A stretch of 64,000 bases of DNA, taken from NCBI GenBank assembly GCA_964016885.1, contig OZ024761.1:22568001-22632000 (forward strand). Reading direction: 5' to 3'. Positions within the stretch are counted from its first letter, which is position 1. The number at the start of each line of letters is the position of its first letter. The DNA is from Eledone cirrhosa. Its lineage: Eukaryota. Shown piece by piece: positions 43,103 to 56,504 of this stretch. The position numbers and the translations under genes are program-made. The notes below the pieces were generated by a model. That model saw nothing but the letters and a program-made list of their open reading frames with translations, was not told the origin of the DNA and did no database searches.

Positions 43103-43801
43103 GGCGTTCCTTACTTTTAGCGGTGTCAAGAATGAAAGTAAATTTATTTTCATTTTCGAACGTCGTGTTTACATTTTGTGTGTGTTTAGATCTAAATTAG
43201 TTACTGAGATTAAAGAGAAAATCAGAGCCTCTGTCGTTTTAACTGATTATATATATATATGTGTGTGTATAGTTGACGGTTGAGAGAAGAGTACTCAATA
43301 CCGAAGTAATCTTGTAATGAGGCTTGCAGAATGGTGAGTCCATCATTGTCGAGATAGAAGAATCCAAATACTTCCATAGAAAGTATCCTCGTAGCCTGTG
43401 GAGACAAGGCCACTGGGTCTTCGGCGCTTTTGAACGCCATTCTGGACGCTGCTGCCTTGTAGAAGTCCCAAATCGAAGCCGTGACACTCTCGTCCCCATC
43501 ATTCAGCAGTGGATTTTGCCAGGCAGCCGCATCACCTCCGATAGTTGGGCTTCCTATTCGGAAATTGAGGAAATTGAAGGTGGGATTTACGTTCATGATG
43601 TTGTGGTGCACGAACGGAACTTTGTAGATCCTGCGGACCCTGATGTGCACACACAGCTCATAGAGAACGCATGGAGCCGGGCAAAGAAGAAGCTTCGTCG
43701 CCAGCATGTTTCGCTCAAACGCACACAAAATGTGAACACGACGTTCGAAAATGAAAATAAATTTATTTTCATTCTTGACACCGCTAAAAGCAAGGAATGC
43801 C
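43103..43801 (+). mobile_element. Merlin (IS1595/ISXO2-like) DNA transposon, internally deleted
   Basis: Inverted termini of ~85 bp (GGCGTTCC...GGAATGCC). Transposase core VEIEESK..RKY...WVFG..ER...TLVPII..WILPGS.I.SD.W..Y...H...FVDP...HTQ.IE..W at ~43345-43705. Confidence 0.88.
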
Positions 43802-43824
43802 AGAGGGACTTACATTATTGACAG

Positions 43825-44015
43825 AGGAGAGGGATTAGCAGTATCGGTAGAGGGTCGGACGCCATGCTTTCCAGCATAGTTACGTCCCTTTACGATCTGA
43901 GTTCAAATCCCGCCGAGGTTGACTTTGCCTTTCATCCTTACGGGGTCGATAAAATAAAGTACCAGTAATGCACTGGGTAATTGCTGGCCTTGTGCCTAAA
44001 GTAGAAATAATTATT
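43825..44015 (+). mobile_element. tRNA-derived SINE family 1 (Nin-like core)
   Basis: A/B boxes (GAGTTCAAATCC), core GCCTTTCATCCTTACGGGGTCGATAAA and an (ATT)n tail. Copies at ~8375, 8610, 8815, 15540, 23640 (+) and 30935, 35255, 49595, 54822 (-). Confidence 0.85.
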
Positions 44016-44189
44016 GACAGAGGAGAGGGACCATATATTATTGACAAAGAAGAGGGACCATACATTATTGACAGAGAAGAGGGGCTATATATTGACAGAG
44101 GAAAGGGACCATATATTATTGACAGAGGAGATAATTATCTATATCTATATATATAATTATATATATATAATATAAAAGATTTGAACTTC

Positions 44190-44340
44190 CAACATCCTTT
44201 TGAGAAACCTGGACCCACTACATCTCTGCAATGACACACACTTTACAGCCAGGTGGAAGATCTACCATCTCATACAGGTCACTATACTTGGAGGCAATCG
44301 TCAAGGAGAAAATGCATTTATTCCCAAGATTCCTCTACCG
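44190..44340 (+). mobile_element. Helitron Pif1-helicase fragment
   Basis: ILLRNLDPLHLCNDT and IQVTILGGNRQGENAFIPKIPL match Helitron helicase motifs (LLRNL...LCNGT; ILTG...G..VFIPRI.L). Confidence 0.7.
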
Positions 44341-44359
44341 AAATTGAGCCCTAGCAATA

Positions 44360-44520
44360 GCTGAGGATTTAACCCTGCGATAGACTGGTGTCCTGTCCAT
44401 AAGTACGAGCTGTAACTGGGGATTTAACCCAGCGATGGACTGGTGTCCTGTCCAGTGGGGGTAGTATTGTACTGTCTGTCAGTCACTTCATGATACGGAA
44501 ACCGGGCTCGAGCAGACTTC
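44360..44520 (+). mobile_element. V-domain-like SINE fragment with duplicated motif
   Basis: Two copies of ACCC(T/A)GCGAT(A/G)GACTGGTGTCCTGTCCA. Confidence 0.5.
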
Positions 44521-45249
44521 ATACTCCAGAAATCCTTAGATATTCTTGTTGGTGATTTATTTATTAGCTGTAGCTTTAATTCATCTGTTTACACCTCTGG
44601 TAATAATTAATAGGTTTTTGTTTCACTTTCGGCGAAATATAGATAAGAAACATTTGTGGCTTTACTACACCCTTAAATTTTAATTTCAGTTATTGAATAT
44701 CTCTAACGTAGTATAATAACTGGAGCTACTAAACTTGTGTTTCCTAACCTGAGTGATTCAACTGTTGGGTGGGTGGTGGGTGATATAGGACTTAAGAAGG
44801 CATTTCAAAATATGATACCTGAAAAATAAATTCAAAGGAGATATGCAAGGAATCTGTATTAAAAAAATAGGAAAACAGGAGGCTAAATGGGAACCAGTAA
44901 CAAACATTTGCCAAATATATTTGGTATACTTTTGAATATTTATTATATAGCTGGGTGGTGGAAAATTATACCATGTGAAAGTGGGCGATGAAGCAAAAAA
45001 AAAAAAAAAGATTGCGAAAGTCCCCTGAACTAAATCCTTTTAACACTTCCTACGGGATTCCCTAGCTGGACACTTTATTTTGAGCTTTGAGTAGAAGTAG
45101 ATGTAGTAAAAACAGGTCCTTAACTGTAAAGACTAACAAGAGTTAAGTTGTATAGACGTAAAATGTTATGGTTTATTCAATCTAAAGAGAAGGAAAAAGG
45201 AATTAAAATCTAGTGAAAAAAAAAATTAACGTTTAAACATAGATATTTC

Positions 45250-46844
45250 AATATATGGTGTTATATAGATATAATTTATTTGTTAAAATAATAATTAAAT
45301 AAAATGTTTCATAAAATCCAACTGGGAATTGAACCTATAACAACACAATGTTAGTTTCAATGTCCAGCACTCCTACCAAATGAGCTACCAGGACAATTAC
45401 TAAACACCTCTTAAAAAATAAGGTATTTAAAGATTTATTTATTTAGTTATTAAAGTATAACTGTCGTAGAATGTAAACATACAGATGTGTACATACTAGA
45501 AGCACAGAGACCAACAGATATATGCATGCTAGACACAGCGGCTGGAGTTTAGTAAACAGTTCGATTTACAATTATTATTATATATATTTATTTATGTAGT
45601 TATATATATATTTATTTATATAGTTATAAGTATAACTGTCGTAGAATGTAAACATACAGATGTGTACATGCTAGAAGCACAGAGACCAACAGATAATTAA
45701 ATTGCAGATATATGCATGCTAGACACAGCGGCTAGAGTTTAGTAAACAAATAAGGAGGACATATATATATAATAATAATTGTAAATCGAACTGTTTACTA
45801 AACTCCAGCCGCTGTTTCTAGCATGCATATATCTGCAATTTAATTTTCTGTTGGTCTCTGTGCTTCTAGCATGTACACATCTGTATGTTTACATTCTGCG
45901 ACAGTTATACTTATAACTATATAAATAAATATATATAATAATAATTGTAAATCGAACTTTAGCTGTAGTACAGCAGTACTATTAGATATATTTGAGTACT
46001 CGATAGATCGAAAGTTAAAAACAAACATTAAATCCACAGTTAACAGCAATAAAGACGACCGAAGACACTAACTATACACACAACAAAATTACGATAGATA
46101 CAGAAAGGTTTATATATATATATAAATATCAATAAAAATTGAATTTGACTGCTATTTCGAGCATAAACTAGAAACCGGAAGTGGACAAAATTGAAAAACT
46201 TCTTCTTTTTCCCCCTCTAACTTTTTAAAAATCGAAATTTTTCTCAAGAAAAAGTTAGAGGGTGAAAAAGAAGAAGTTTTTCAATTTTGTCGACTTCCGG
46301 TTTCTAGTTTATGCTAGAAATAGCAGTCAAATAAATTTATAAATGTGTGTGTGTGTGTGTGTGTATGTGTAAAAAAAAAAAATTTATTTGACTGCTATTT
46401 CTAGCAAAAACTAGAAACCGGAAGTGGACAAAATTGAAAAACTTCTTCTTTTTCACCCTCTAACTTTTTTCTAAACAAAAATCGAAATTTTTCTGAAAAA
46501 AAGTTAGAGGGTGAAAAAGAAGAAGTTTTTCAATTTTGTCCACTTCCGGTTTCTAGTTTTTGCTAGAAATAGCAGTCAAATAAATTTTTTTTTTTTACAC
46601 ATACACACACACACACACACACATTTATAAATTTATTTGACTGCTATTTCTAGCATAAACTAGAAACCGGAAGTGGACAAAATTGAAAAACTTCTTCTTT
46701 TTCACCCTCTAACTTTTTTTCAGAAAAATTTCGATTTTTGTTTAGAAAAAAGTTAGAGGGTGAAAAAGAAGAAGTTTTTCAATTTTGTCCACTTCCGGTT
46801 TCTAGTTTTTGCTAGAAATAGCAGTCAAATAATTTTTTTTTTTT

Positions 46845-46876
<32 letters not shown>

Positions 46877-47790
46877 TTTATAAATTTATTTGACTGCTAT
46901 TTCTAGCATAAACTAGAAACCGGAAGTGGACAAAATTGAAAAACTTCTTCTTTTTCACCCTCTAACTTTTTCTTGAGAAAAATTTCGATTTTTAAAAAGT
47001 TAGAGGGGGAAAAAGAAGAAGTTTTTCAATTTTGTCCACTTCCGGTTTCTAGTTTATGCTCGAAATAGCAGTCAAATTAAATTTTTATTGATATTTATAT
47101 ATATATATAAACCTTTCTGTATCTATCGTAATTTTGTTGTGTGTATAGTTAGTGTCTTCGGTCGTCTTTATTGCTGTTAACTGTGGATTTAATGTTTGTT
47201 TTTAACTTTCGATCTATCGAGTACTCAAATATATCTAATAGTACTGCTGTACTACAGCTAAAGTTCGATTTACAATTATTATTATATATATTTATTTATA
47301 TAGTTATAAGTATAACTGTCGCAGAATGTAAACATACAGATGTGTACATGCTAGAAGCACAGAGACCAACAGAAAATTAAATTGCAGATATATGCATGCT
47401 AGAAACAGCGGCTGGAGTTTAGTAAACAGTTCGATTTACAATTATTATTATATATATATGTCCTCCTTATTTGTTTACTAAACTCTAGCCGCTGTGTCTA
47501 GCATGCATATATCTGCAATTTAATTATCTGTTGGTCTCTGTGCTTCTAGCATGTATACATCTGTATGTTTACATTCTACGACAGTTATACTTATAACTAT
47601 ATAAATAAATCTTTAAATACCTTATTTTTTAACAGGTGTTCAGTAATTGTCCTGGTGGCTCATTTGGTAGGAGTGCTGGACATTGAAGCTAACATTGTGT
47701 AGTTGTAGGTTCAATCCCTAGTTGAGATTATAAAAATAATTTTATTGAATATTATTTTAACAAATACATTATATCTATATAACGCCAAAC
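45250..47790. mobile_element. Foldback-like nested inverted-repeat element (~2.5 kb)
   Basis: Identical ORFs at 45840-46049 (-) and 47171-47380 (+). Four ~190-bp hairpins in the centre. Diverged outer arms contain a tRNA-like segment. Confidence 0.8.
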
Positions 47791-48369
47791 ATAGTGAGTT
47801 CCAATCTGGCTGACATGCAGAATAAGTGAATAAGGTAAGACAATATCGTAGTAGATTAGAATATTACACAGACAGGCACACAAGATTGAGGTAATACGAA
47901 ACCAAGTAGGTCCCCCCTCACACAAATAGAAATGACGTGACCGTTTCAAATGTGATTCGATCACTTTTGAAGCGGTATTTCTTTGCAAATGTCTCTTAGA
48001 AAACAACAATACAATCAAAATAACCAAACAATTCGTTTATAAATATTTTTTTTATTAAGTAGGGAAAGTTTCCATGAGTTACAAAGATGTCAGGTTAACG
48101 ATATATATTTATTACACAGGAACTTATATAGATATGTACATATTCTCCAGGAGGAATTGGTACAACTCTCAATTGGAGCTAGCCCCTGCAAGATCAGCAT
48201 AAATAATGTGGAACCTTGAAATAGTTTTCATGTCTCAGGGAAGCCCCGCATGAAATATATTTTTTCTATCTCTAGAGCAGTGGTTCCCAAACTGTGAGCT
48301 GCAAAAGAATAAGATTACGTTTTAAGATGTGAAAAATACAAAACTGACATTGGTATAAAAGTTCAAATA

Positions 48370-48620
48370 TAGCTGTGGCCACAAACCTGGGCTCAACTGC
48401 CCGCAATGTAGAGGAGAGTAAGATAATCAAATACTGGGGCCTGACAGACTTCTTCCACTCCGTCGAGATCTCTGGTGTCCTTGGTCCCTGCACTGCTGAT
48501 TTCCTCTGTAAAGTAGGGAGGAAAGATGGTGAGAGCCCCGTGAGGAGGGATGACTGTTGCAGTAGGTGTCCCTGGCCATTCTCTGTGGTAACGCTTTTGC
48601 CGTGTTTTCCGCGGGGTGCG
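48370..48620 (+). mobile_element. CRE/R2-group retroelement C-terminal (restriction-like endonuclease) remnant
   Basis: EESKIIKY..L..F..VEISGVLGP.TADFL..VG, then a frameshifted VSLAILCGNA resembling the 'LS.AIQRGNA' terminus. Confidence 0.55.
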
Positions 48621-49473
48621 GCTTCATTCGCCCTCTAACCTGGCATCAACCAGGATTTAGCTGGCCATAGGATATGCTATGTGAAGTATATTATATATCC
48701 TAAAACTGCTTCTAGTGACCAGGATTTAGCTGGTTGTAGGAGATCCATTACTTTAGCCCTCTAGCCTGACATTGACCAGGGTTTGGATGGCCGTAAGAGA
48801 CCCTACGTTAAGTATACAGCCTAAAAATGCTTCTTTTTCCCTCTAATCTGGTACTGACTAAGGTTTATCTGGTCCTAGGAAAGGGTAATGCCGTTACTTT
48901 TGCCCCCTAACCTGGCATTCCAATACTAATTTGAAGCAGAGTAACGTCAAGCTTTGGAGGTTTGGTTAGATAGCAATGAATGGTTCACTTGCAAGTTGTT
49001 GCTATATGAAAGAGATGACAGATCCAACACAACCAAGAGAAGAAATCAGGTATGGATTGAGACGTGCCTCACCTTTGTCCTGTCGTCTGGACAGTCACCA
49101 AAGGATCAACAATTTCAATGGACAACTATAAGTGCACTCCCTAACAACACACACAAAATACGGCACGGCCAGACTTGCCTCATAGCCTGGACGACCCGTC
49201 TGACCCATGCAAGCATCAGACGTCAAACGTTTGACATTTATTAGTAAGTGAAAGACAACGAATATGAATAACAAATGTGAATAATACATAATGGAGACAC
49301 AGTAAAATATATAAAATAGCATCCCAACAGATATGGGAAACTGATTGATGTGTATTAATGGTAAAGTATGGTGCAACAATACATCACTCCTTCCTACAGT
49401 GATGAGGAATTCCAAGTGTAAATCCTGTGTATTTCTGTATAAACAACATTGGTAAATTAAATAAGCATCGTAC

Positions 49474-49519
<46 letters not shown>

Positions 49520-51307
49520 AAATAAGCATTGTACGTATATATATATATTATATACTCGGGGAGGGTCATATTGTTGTAATATTGCCAGAAATAATAATTG
49601 TTTCTACTTTAGGCACAAGGCCAGCAATTACCCAGTACATTACTGGTATTTTATTTTATCGACCCCGTAAGGATGAAAGGCAAAGTTAACCCCGGCGGGA
49701 TTTGAACTCAGATCATAAAGGGACGTAACTCTATGCTTCAAAGCATGGTGTCCGACTAAGGTGAAACAGATCCAACACTACTAAGAGAAGCAAGAAGTCA
49801 GGTATGGATTGAGACGATTTCATATCAAAAACCTAGCAAAACAAATATATACATATATATATTGTTATATTTGGGGAGGGTCATATTGTCATAATATTGC
49901 CAGAAATAATAACAGTACACACGTAATATATTTGTTATAATGATAACATATATATTATATCATTGTTATTTAACGTCCATTCACAACGATGGCGTGGTTG
50001 GACGACTGATCGTAGATCAAGTTTGTATTTTTGGTTTAAAAAATTATAAACAAAGTAAAGGTCAGTAATTCGGAGGAAACATATCTTTAGTATATGTTTT
50101 AGTTATAAATTCTAAAATAACAAAGAATTACTATGGTAAGGGCACCCTGCTGTAGAAACCAGCTACTGTTGGAAGCCCTGCGCTTGTTGTCATGGCACCA
50201 AACCAACCACTTGACAATGTGAAACCGGGCACTTTTGTGACGTCATCAACCCTAACCCCTTCACAGGTTGGGCTGGATATTTTTTGTCGTGTCACCAGCA
50301 CGACCGCCGTGAAGGGTTGGGTCTTTTTGTCATGTTACCTTACAGAGAGGATTCGGTGCCCTTTTGTCATGAACCCGTCATGGCCATCTTTTGTCAATCA
50401 AGGAGATGCTAAAATCATCGGTAGAAGTAGTAATACAGGAAGGAGTCATACCCAATGACTGGCACAGCAGTACAGGGGTAAAGATGATGGTCTAGAATGG
50501 TTTGGACTATTAAATACCTCTTCATATGAACACAATATCCAAAATGTGAGAGTTATTGATAAATGGTGTCTCTAATAAAATGTATGTGTATAGAGAGAAG
50601 GTTTAGTGTCTTAGATAGTCCTAATATACAGCAAATAAAACATTGCATACCTCTTTACATGAACATAATATCCCAAATGATATCTTCGGTGTATGCTGAA
50701 TGTCAACAATTCAATTAAAAAAAAAAAATGAACTCCATAAAGAGGAGGTAATTCAGATGAAGGGAGATAACTCTAATAAAAATTAAAAATAAAAATGGTT
50801 AAGGATTCTTTGCGCTGCCCGAGACACAGAGCAGGATATAGTACCGGTCGCAATTAAGCCAGTGCCCTCCCAACGATTCGATCTTCAGACACATAGAATG
50901 GTCACGCCATCCATAAATAGGCGACGAAGATCGCAACGTTACGTGTAGCGCCACGTATAAGCACAACAGAACTGAGTAAATTAGTTATACTTATATGTAA
51001 AATTTTATATATTTAAAAATATATATATATATATATATATATAAAAGTAAAGAAAGTGAGATAAGACGCCTCAAAATATATTCCGTGAGTTATCTCACTC
51101 TCATTCCGTTTATATATATATATATGTACATGTATTTTATCTGATGAAAGCGTACCAATGTTGTCTTGGTTGTCCTTGAAATATATATAATAAAATAAAT
51201 ATGGTTTTATAAATATAGTTTCCATTTATTTAATATCATTGTATATATATATATATGTATACACATATATATATATAGATAGATGTGTGTATCTATCTAT
51301 CTATCTA

Positions 51308-51346
<39 letters not shown>

Positions 51347-51364
51347 GTATATATATATATATAA

Positions 51365-51435
<71 letters not shown>

Positions 51436-51588
51436 AATAAAGGAGATTGAAACCCTACCACCAATCTATACATAAAGCATGCATAGATACACCAGAACTA
51501 CCCACATGGCCAACTACAGACCAACAATTGTTAGTTCAGCTCTAGCTGTCGAAACGGTCGGAGGTGCTCGGCCGTCAGGGTTCTGACT

Positions 51589-51624
<36 letters not shown>

Positions 51625-51948
51625 GTTTGTATATGTATAATAAAGCCAAAACAATGCAGGTATGGACATAGAATAAAGAATGCAAATGCAAAAGATATTG
51701 TTGACAATTAGTCTTTTACCTTAGATTTATTTAAATGTTCTTAATTTTCGAGATAATATCTCTTCTTCGGAGAGAAGTAAAGCGGTTAAACCAGTGTTCT
51801 AAATAGCTTGCCAAGTCATGCTGACAGGAAATGGTATAGAGTATCTGTTCTATCTCTAATGTCCATACCTGTATTGTTTTGGCTTTATTATACATATACA
51901 AACGTTTATACTTCATTACACAATGCTTCAAGTGAACTATAACCTCCT

Positions 51949-51984
<36 letters not shown>

Positions 51985-51989
<5 letters not shown>

Positions 51990-52330
51990 AAAGGATAACA
52001 AGGACGATTGATTACTACTTCATTACATTTATTGATAGGTGATGCGCATTTCGCCACTGATCAGCTCAACTTTTACCACATAACATGTATTTCATTTTCT
52101 TATAGCATTTTAAAAGGGTCCGTCGAGCCGCTGATTATTGAGTCGGGTAGGATCGATACAGATCGAACCTTGAGCTGATCAGTGGCGAAACGCGCGTCAC
52201 CTATCAATAAATGCAATGAAGGAGTAATCAATCATCCTTGTTATCCTTTCAATATATTACACTCTGTATAGTTCTACACCTAAACATCGAGTGCTCTCCC
52301 GGGTGAACCTGCAGTAACTCCAAGTTACAC
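51985..52330 (+). mobile_element. Inverted-repeat element with degenerate hammerhead, family K
   Basis: Arms 51985-52069 and 52170-52255. Core reads GGGT-ccgtcGA-GCCGCTGATT...GATCAGTGGC-GAAAC-GCGC-GTC-ACCT. (TA)n flanks. Confidence 0.55.
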
Positions 52331-52355
52331 CTCCTGGATATATATATATTCGGGT

Positions 52356-52797
52356 GGAAGCACATGGCTTAGTGGTTAGAGCATTGGTCTTGCAATCGAA
52401 AGGTTGTGAGTTCAATTCTCAGACAGGGTGATGTGTTGTTTCCTTGAGCAAGACACTTTATTTCACATTGCTCCAGTTTACTCAGCTGTAGAAATGAGAT
52501 GATAGGGACTGGGGTCCCTATCATTCCACTGTAAAGTGGTCGTGGAGGTGCCACGGCAAAAAAGCACCCAGCACTCACTGTAAAGTGGTCGTGGAGGTGC
52601 CACGGCAAAAAAGCACCCATCACTCACTGTAAAGTGGTCGTGGAGGTGCCACGGCAAAAAAGCACCCATCACTCACTGTAAATGAGGTTGGTGTTAGGAA
52701 GGGCATCCAGCTGTAGAAATAAAGCCAGAATCAGTTCCTGTCCCACCCTTACAAGCAGGGAAAAGCGGACGTAAAATGATGATGATGATGATGATGA
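52356..52797 (+). mobile_element. tRNA-derived SINE family 2 with (TGA)n tail
   Basis: TGGCTTAGTGGTTAG A-box, GAGTTCAATTC B-box, CCTTGAGCAAGACAC core and an internal 49-bp unit x3. Copies at 39293-39640 (-), 58382-58497 and ~22185-22285. Confidence 0.85.
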
Positions 52798-53045
52798 TAT
52801 ATATATATGTGTGTGTGTGTGTGTGGCCTAGGAGTTAATGTATTAATTTCAAGAATATTCTGTTCTGTTGATGGAATAATTAAAATATTCATTTCATTCC
52901 ATTCTACCAAACTTCAATGAAATTCTGGACTATTTGAATAAATTGTTGAAATGTTTCAAACACACAACCTTTACAGACTACAACTGGAATATGTGGGTTT
53001 TCTTATTGTCTTTGTATAGTGGTATTGCTTCTATAATAATTGTAC

Positions 53046-53084
<39 letters not shown>

Positions 53085-53107
53085 AATACATACATATATA
53101 TATACAT

Positions 53108-53703
53108 GGTGGCTGCCAACTCGTTTTCGAGTACGGCCACTACTTTATATCCATGTAGGAGAACCCCTACCGATGCGCTGAACGAGTGTGACTTTTTAGT
53201 CCAGCCAGCGACTTGAAAACTCTACACTTGTGACAATTATTGACACATAGTGCTGGGCCCATGGTACCATGTGACGACAAGTGCAGAGAGATCTCCAGAT
53301 ATAAAGCAATGCCTGTGCAGTGAAGCTTTTATAGTGAGCAAAGGCACTGCACAAAGCCAGTCCCACTCTCTTAACCAAGATGATATTTACCAAAAAGAAG
53401 AACAAGTCAACATCATTGGATACCATCAGAGTTGCAGGTGTTATATCAGAGTTTTCCTTCTCCTAGAATTCTGCCTTGACAAAGGCTAAGGGGTCATCTC
53501 TCCCGGTGATTTTGGATGGCCATTGACTCTTAAGAGCTCCTTTGCCCTTTGACAGGTTTTGTTTTTAGTCCTGCAGGATGTCCGAAGTCACCCTCCTCAC
53601 CAAGAAACCTTGGTGGGGTTGCCAGTTTAGTCGCCAACGACCCGACCACGAGACAGGTTGTACTGGGATACATGTTACCAGTAGCACCAACTGGTGACCT
53701 GAC
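53108..53703. mobile_element. Dispersed ~590-bp repeat, second copy 42510-43065; resembles an RTE 5' region on the minus strand
   Basis: Two highly similar copies, both starting GGTGGCTGCCAACTCG next to TA-rich microsatellite. The minus strand has AGGAGAAGGAAAACTCTGA. Confidence 0.6.
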
Positions 53704-54032
53704 ATATATATACATAAAACCATATATATACATAAAACCATATATATACACATACAACCATATATATCATCATCATCATCATCGTTTAACGTACATCTTC
53801 TACACTAGCATGGGTCTGGACGGGAATATATATATATATATACAGACACATAAATACATATATATACACACATACATACAGACACACACATACATACACA
53901 CACACATATATATATATATTATTAAAATAACAGATTAAAGTTTAAGCAAAGAATCGCTGCTTTCACCCTTAACGGGATCTTTTGAAGCTTATCGAGCCCT
54001 CTTTGGATTTTAGTCTTCAAATTTATTATTAT

Positions 54033-54091
<59 letters not shown>

Positions 54092-54097
54092 TCAATT

Positions 54098-54135
<38 letters not shown>

Positions 54136-54265
54136 AGAGCTTTTACAATATATAAACAATCATCCGTTATAGACCCAACCAACCAAACAAAAATTTACAT
54201 GAAATTGAAGTGAAATCCAACAGATGCGTGTGTTTTTATTGGCAACATGACCCTCCCAAAGTACA

Positions 54266-54414
<149 letters not shown>

Positions 54415-54488
54415 CCGCTTTTGGCAAATAACACTCTGTATCGCATTTCTTTATACCTCCTCTTTCTATCCTCATTTACAATACTGTA

Positions 54489-54526
<38 letters not shown>

Positions 54527-54582
54527 CACACACATACAAACATATATAATGACTACATCTCGCTTTCAATAATTGCCACATC

Positions 54583-54674
54583 ATCAGTCTGAGGAGCAGA
54601 TCAATAATGGAGTCAGGTACATAACTCCTATGGGTGACCTGCAGCCAATCATCTGCGAAACGCGTGTAACAGAT
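54583..54674 (+). ncRNA. Hammerhead motif with enlarged stem II, family J; second copy 39779-39869
   Basis: ATCAGT-CTGAGGA-GCAGAT...(~50 nt)...ATCTGC-GAAAC-GCGT-GTA-ACAGAT. Confidence 0.7.
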
Positions 54675-54746
54675 CGATAAGCAATAAATATTTTTCATAT
54701 GTAAACGAAACGGCTTGAGCTCTGCCGTCGGGGTCCTACTCGTTCC

Positions 54747-54793
<47 letters not shown>

Positions 54794-55621
54794 TGTGCAG
54801 TGCTGAAACTGAGGAGACTACTAATAATTGTTTCTACTTTTTGGCACAAGGCCAGCAATTACCCCAGTGCATTACTGGTACTTTATTTTATCGACCCCGT
54901 AAGGATGAAAGGCAAAGTTAACTTCGGCGGGATTTGAACTCAGATCATAAAGGGTAACTCTATGCTGCAAATCACGGCATCCGGCCCTCTACCAATACTG
55001 CCAATCCACCACCCTAACACGGCGTCCGGCCCTCTACCAATACTGCCAATCCACCACCCTAACACGGTGTCCGGCCCTCTACCAATACTGCCAATCCACC
55101 ACCCTAACACGGTGTCCGGCCCTCTACCAATACTGCCAATCCACCACCCTAACACGGTGTCCGGCCCTCTACCAATACTGCCAATCCACCACCCTAACAC
55201 GGTGTCCGGCCCTCTACCAATACTGCCAATCCACCACCCTAACACGGTGTCCGACCCTCTACCAATCCACCATCCTAAAGGGAGTACTCTATGCCTCGGG
55301 AGATGTAGAGTAGATATACAGATATGTAAAATCCTGTCTGTGGCACCAAGCAGTCACAGCTTGTGTGTTCAGCAAGCCCCCTCAGGGGTTGAAACCGCTT
55401 GGCTCCACGGTCGGGGTTTTACATATCTCTCGCTCCCTCTCTCTCTCTCTCTCTTTCTAAATATATATATATATAGGAAAAGAGTCAGGACCCCGACGGC
55501 TCAGCTTCGGCCGTTTCAACAACTGGATCCTGATTCTTTTCCTGTTACCCACTCTTCTACCTGAAGTATTGAGTACTCTGGCGCGTCATGGTCCACCTGG
55601 TATCTTACCACACCTTCTTTG

Positions 55622-55702
<81 letters not shown>

Positions 55703-55869
55703 CAAGACACGGTCACCTGACCCAACTTGCCTCAAACAGGACAACCTTTCTAGCCCATGCTAGCGCAGAAAAATGGACGTTCAATGATGATGATGATGAT
55801 GATGAAATCTAGAAGTATGTATGTGCCTGCAAGTATTTGAATGAGTGATGAGTTTGTGTATAGAGGGTA

Positions 55870-56010
55870 AGGGGGAGTGTGGTATTTAGTGAGGAGGGGG
55901 GAGTGTGGTATTTAGTGAGGAAGGGGGAGTGAGGTATTTAGTGAGGAAGGGGGAGTGAGGTATTTAGTGAGGAAGGGGGAGTGAGGTATTTAGTGAGGAA
56001 AGGGGAGGGG
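55870..56010. repeat. ~26-bp G-rich tandem repeat x5
   Basis: GGGGGAGTG(T/A)GGTATTTAGTGAGGA repeats. Confidence 0.85.
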
Positions 56011-56504
56011 TTTGTTAATAAAAGAATTAATCTGTAAAGCTTCCAGGCAAGTTAAAGTGTGCTGTGTTGTATGTGTAGGTACATATATGTATATATGTAT
56101 GTGTGTATATATGTATATATATATATGTGTGTATATATGTATATATATATGTGTGTATATTTATGTATGTGTATATATATATATGTATATATGTGCATGT
56201 ATTTATGTATGTATGTTGTTTATGTGCATATATGTATATATGTGTGTATATTTATGCATATATGTGTATTATATATATATATATATATCTACACACACAT
56301 ATATATATGTGTATGTTTATGTATGTATTTATGAGTATGCACATGTATGTATGTGCGTATGTATATGTGTATGTATATGTGTATGCATGTGTGCATGTAT
56401 GTGTGTATGCATGTGTATATATGTATATGTATGTGTGTGCATGTATGTGCATGTATGTATGTGTGTGTGTGTATAACTAAAGAAGGGGGTAACAGACAGT
56501 CTGC

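Noticed and set aside
45840-47380. Two identical 69-aa ORFs as a duplicated gene
   Set aside because: A by-product of the inverted repeat; TTG start, no splice signals, no recognisable protein.
52356-52430. tRNA gene
   Set aside because: It is the head of a multi-copy SINE continuing into core and tail; no convincing acceptor stem.
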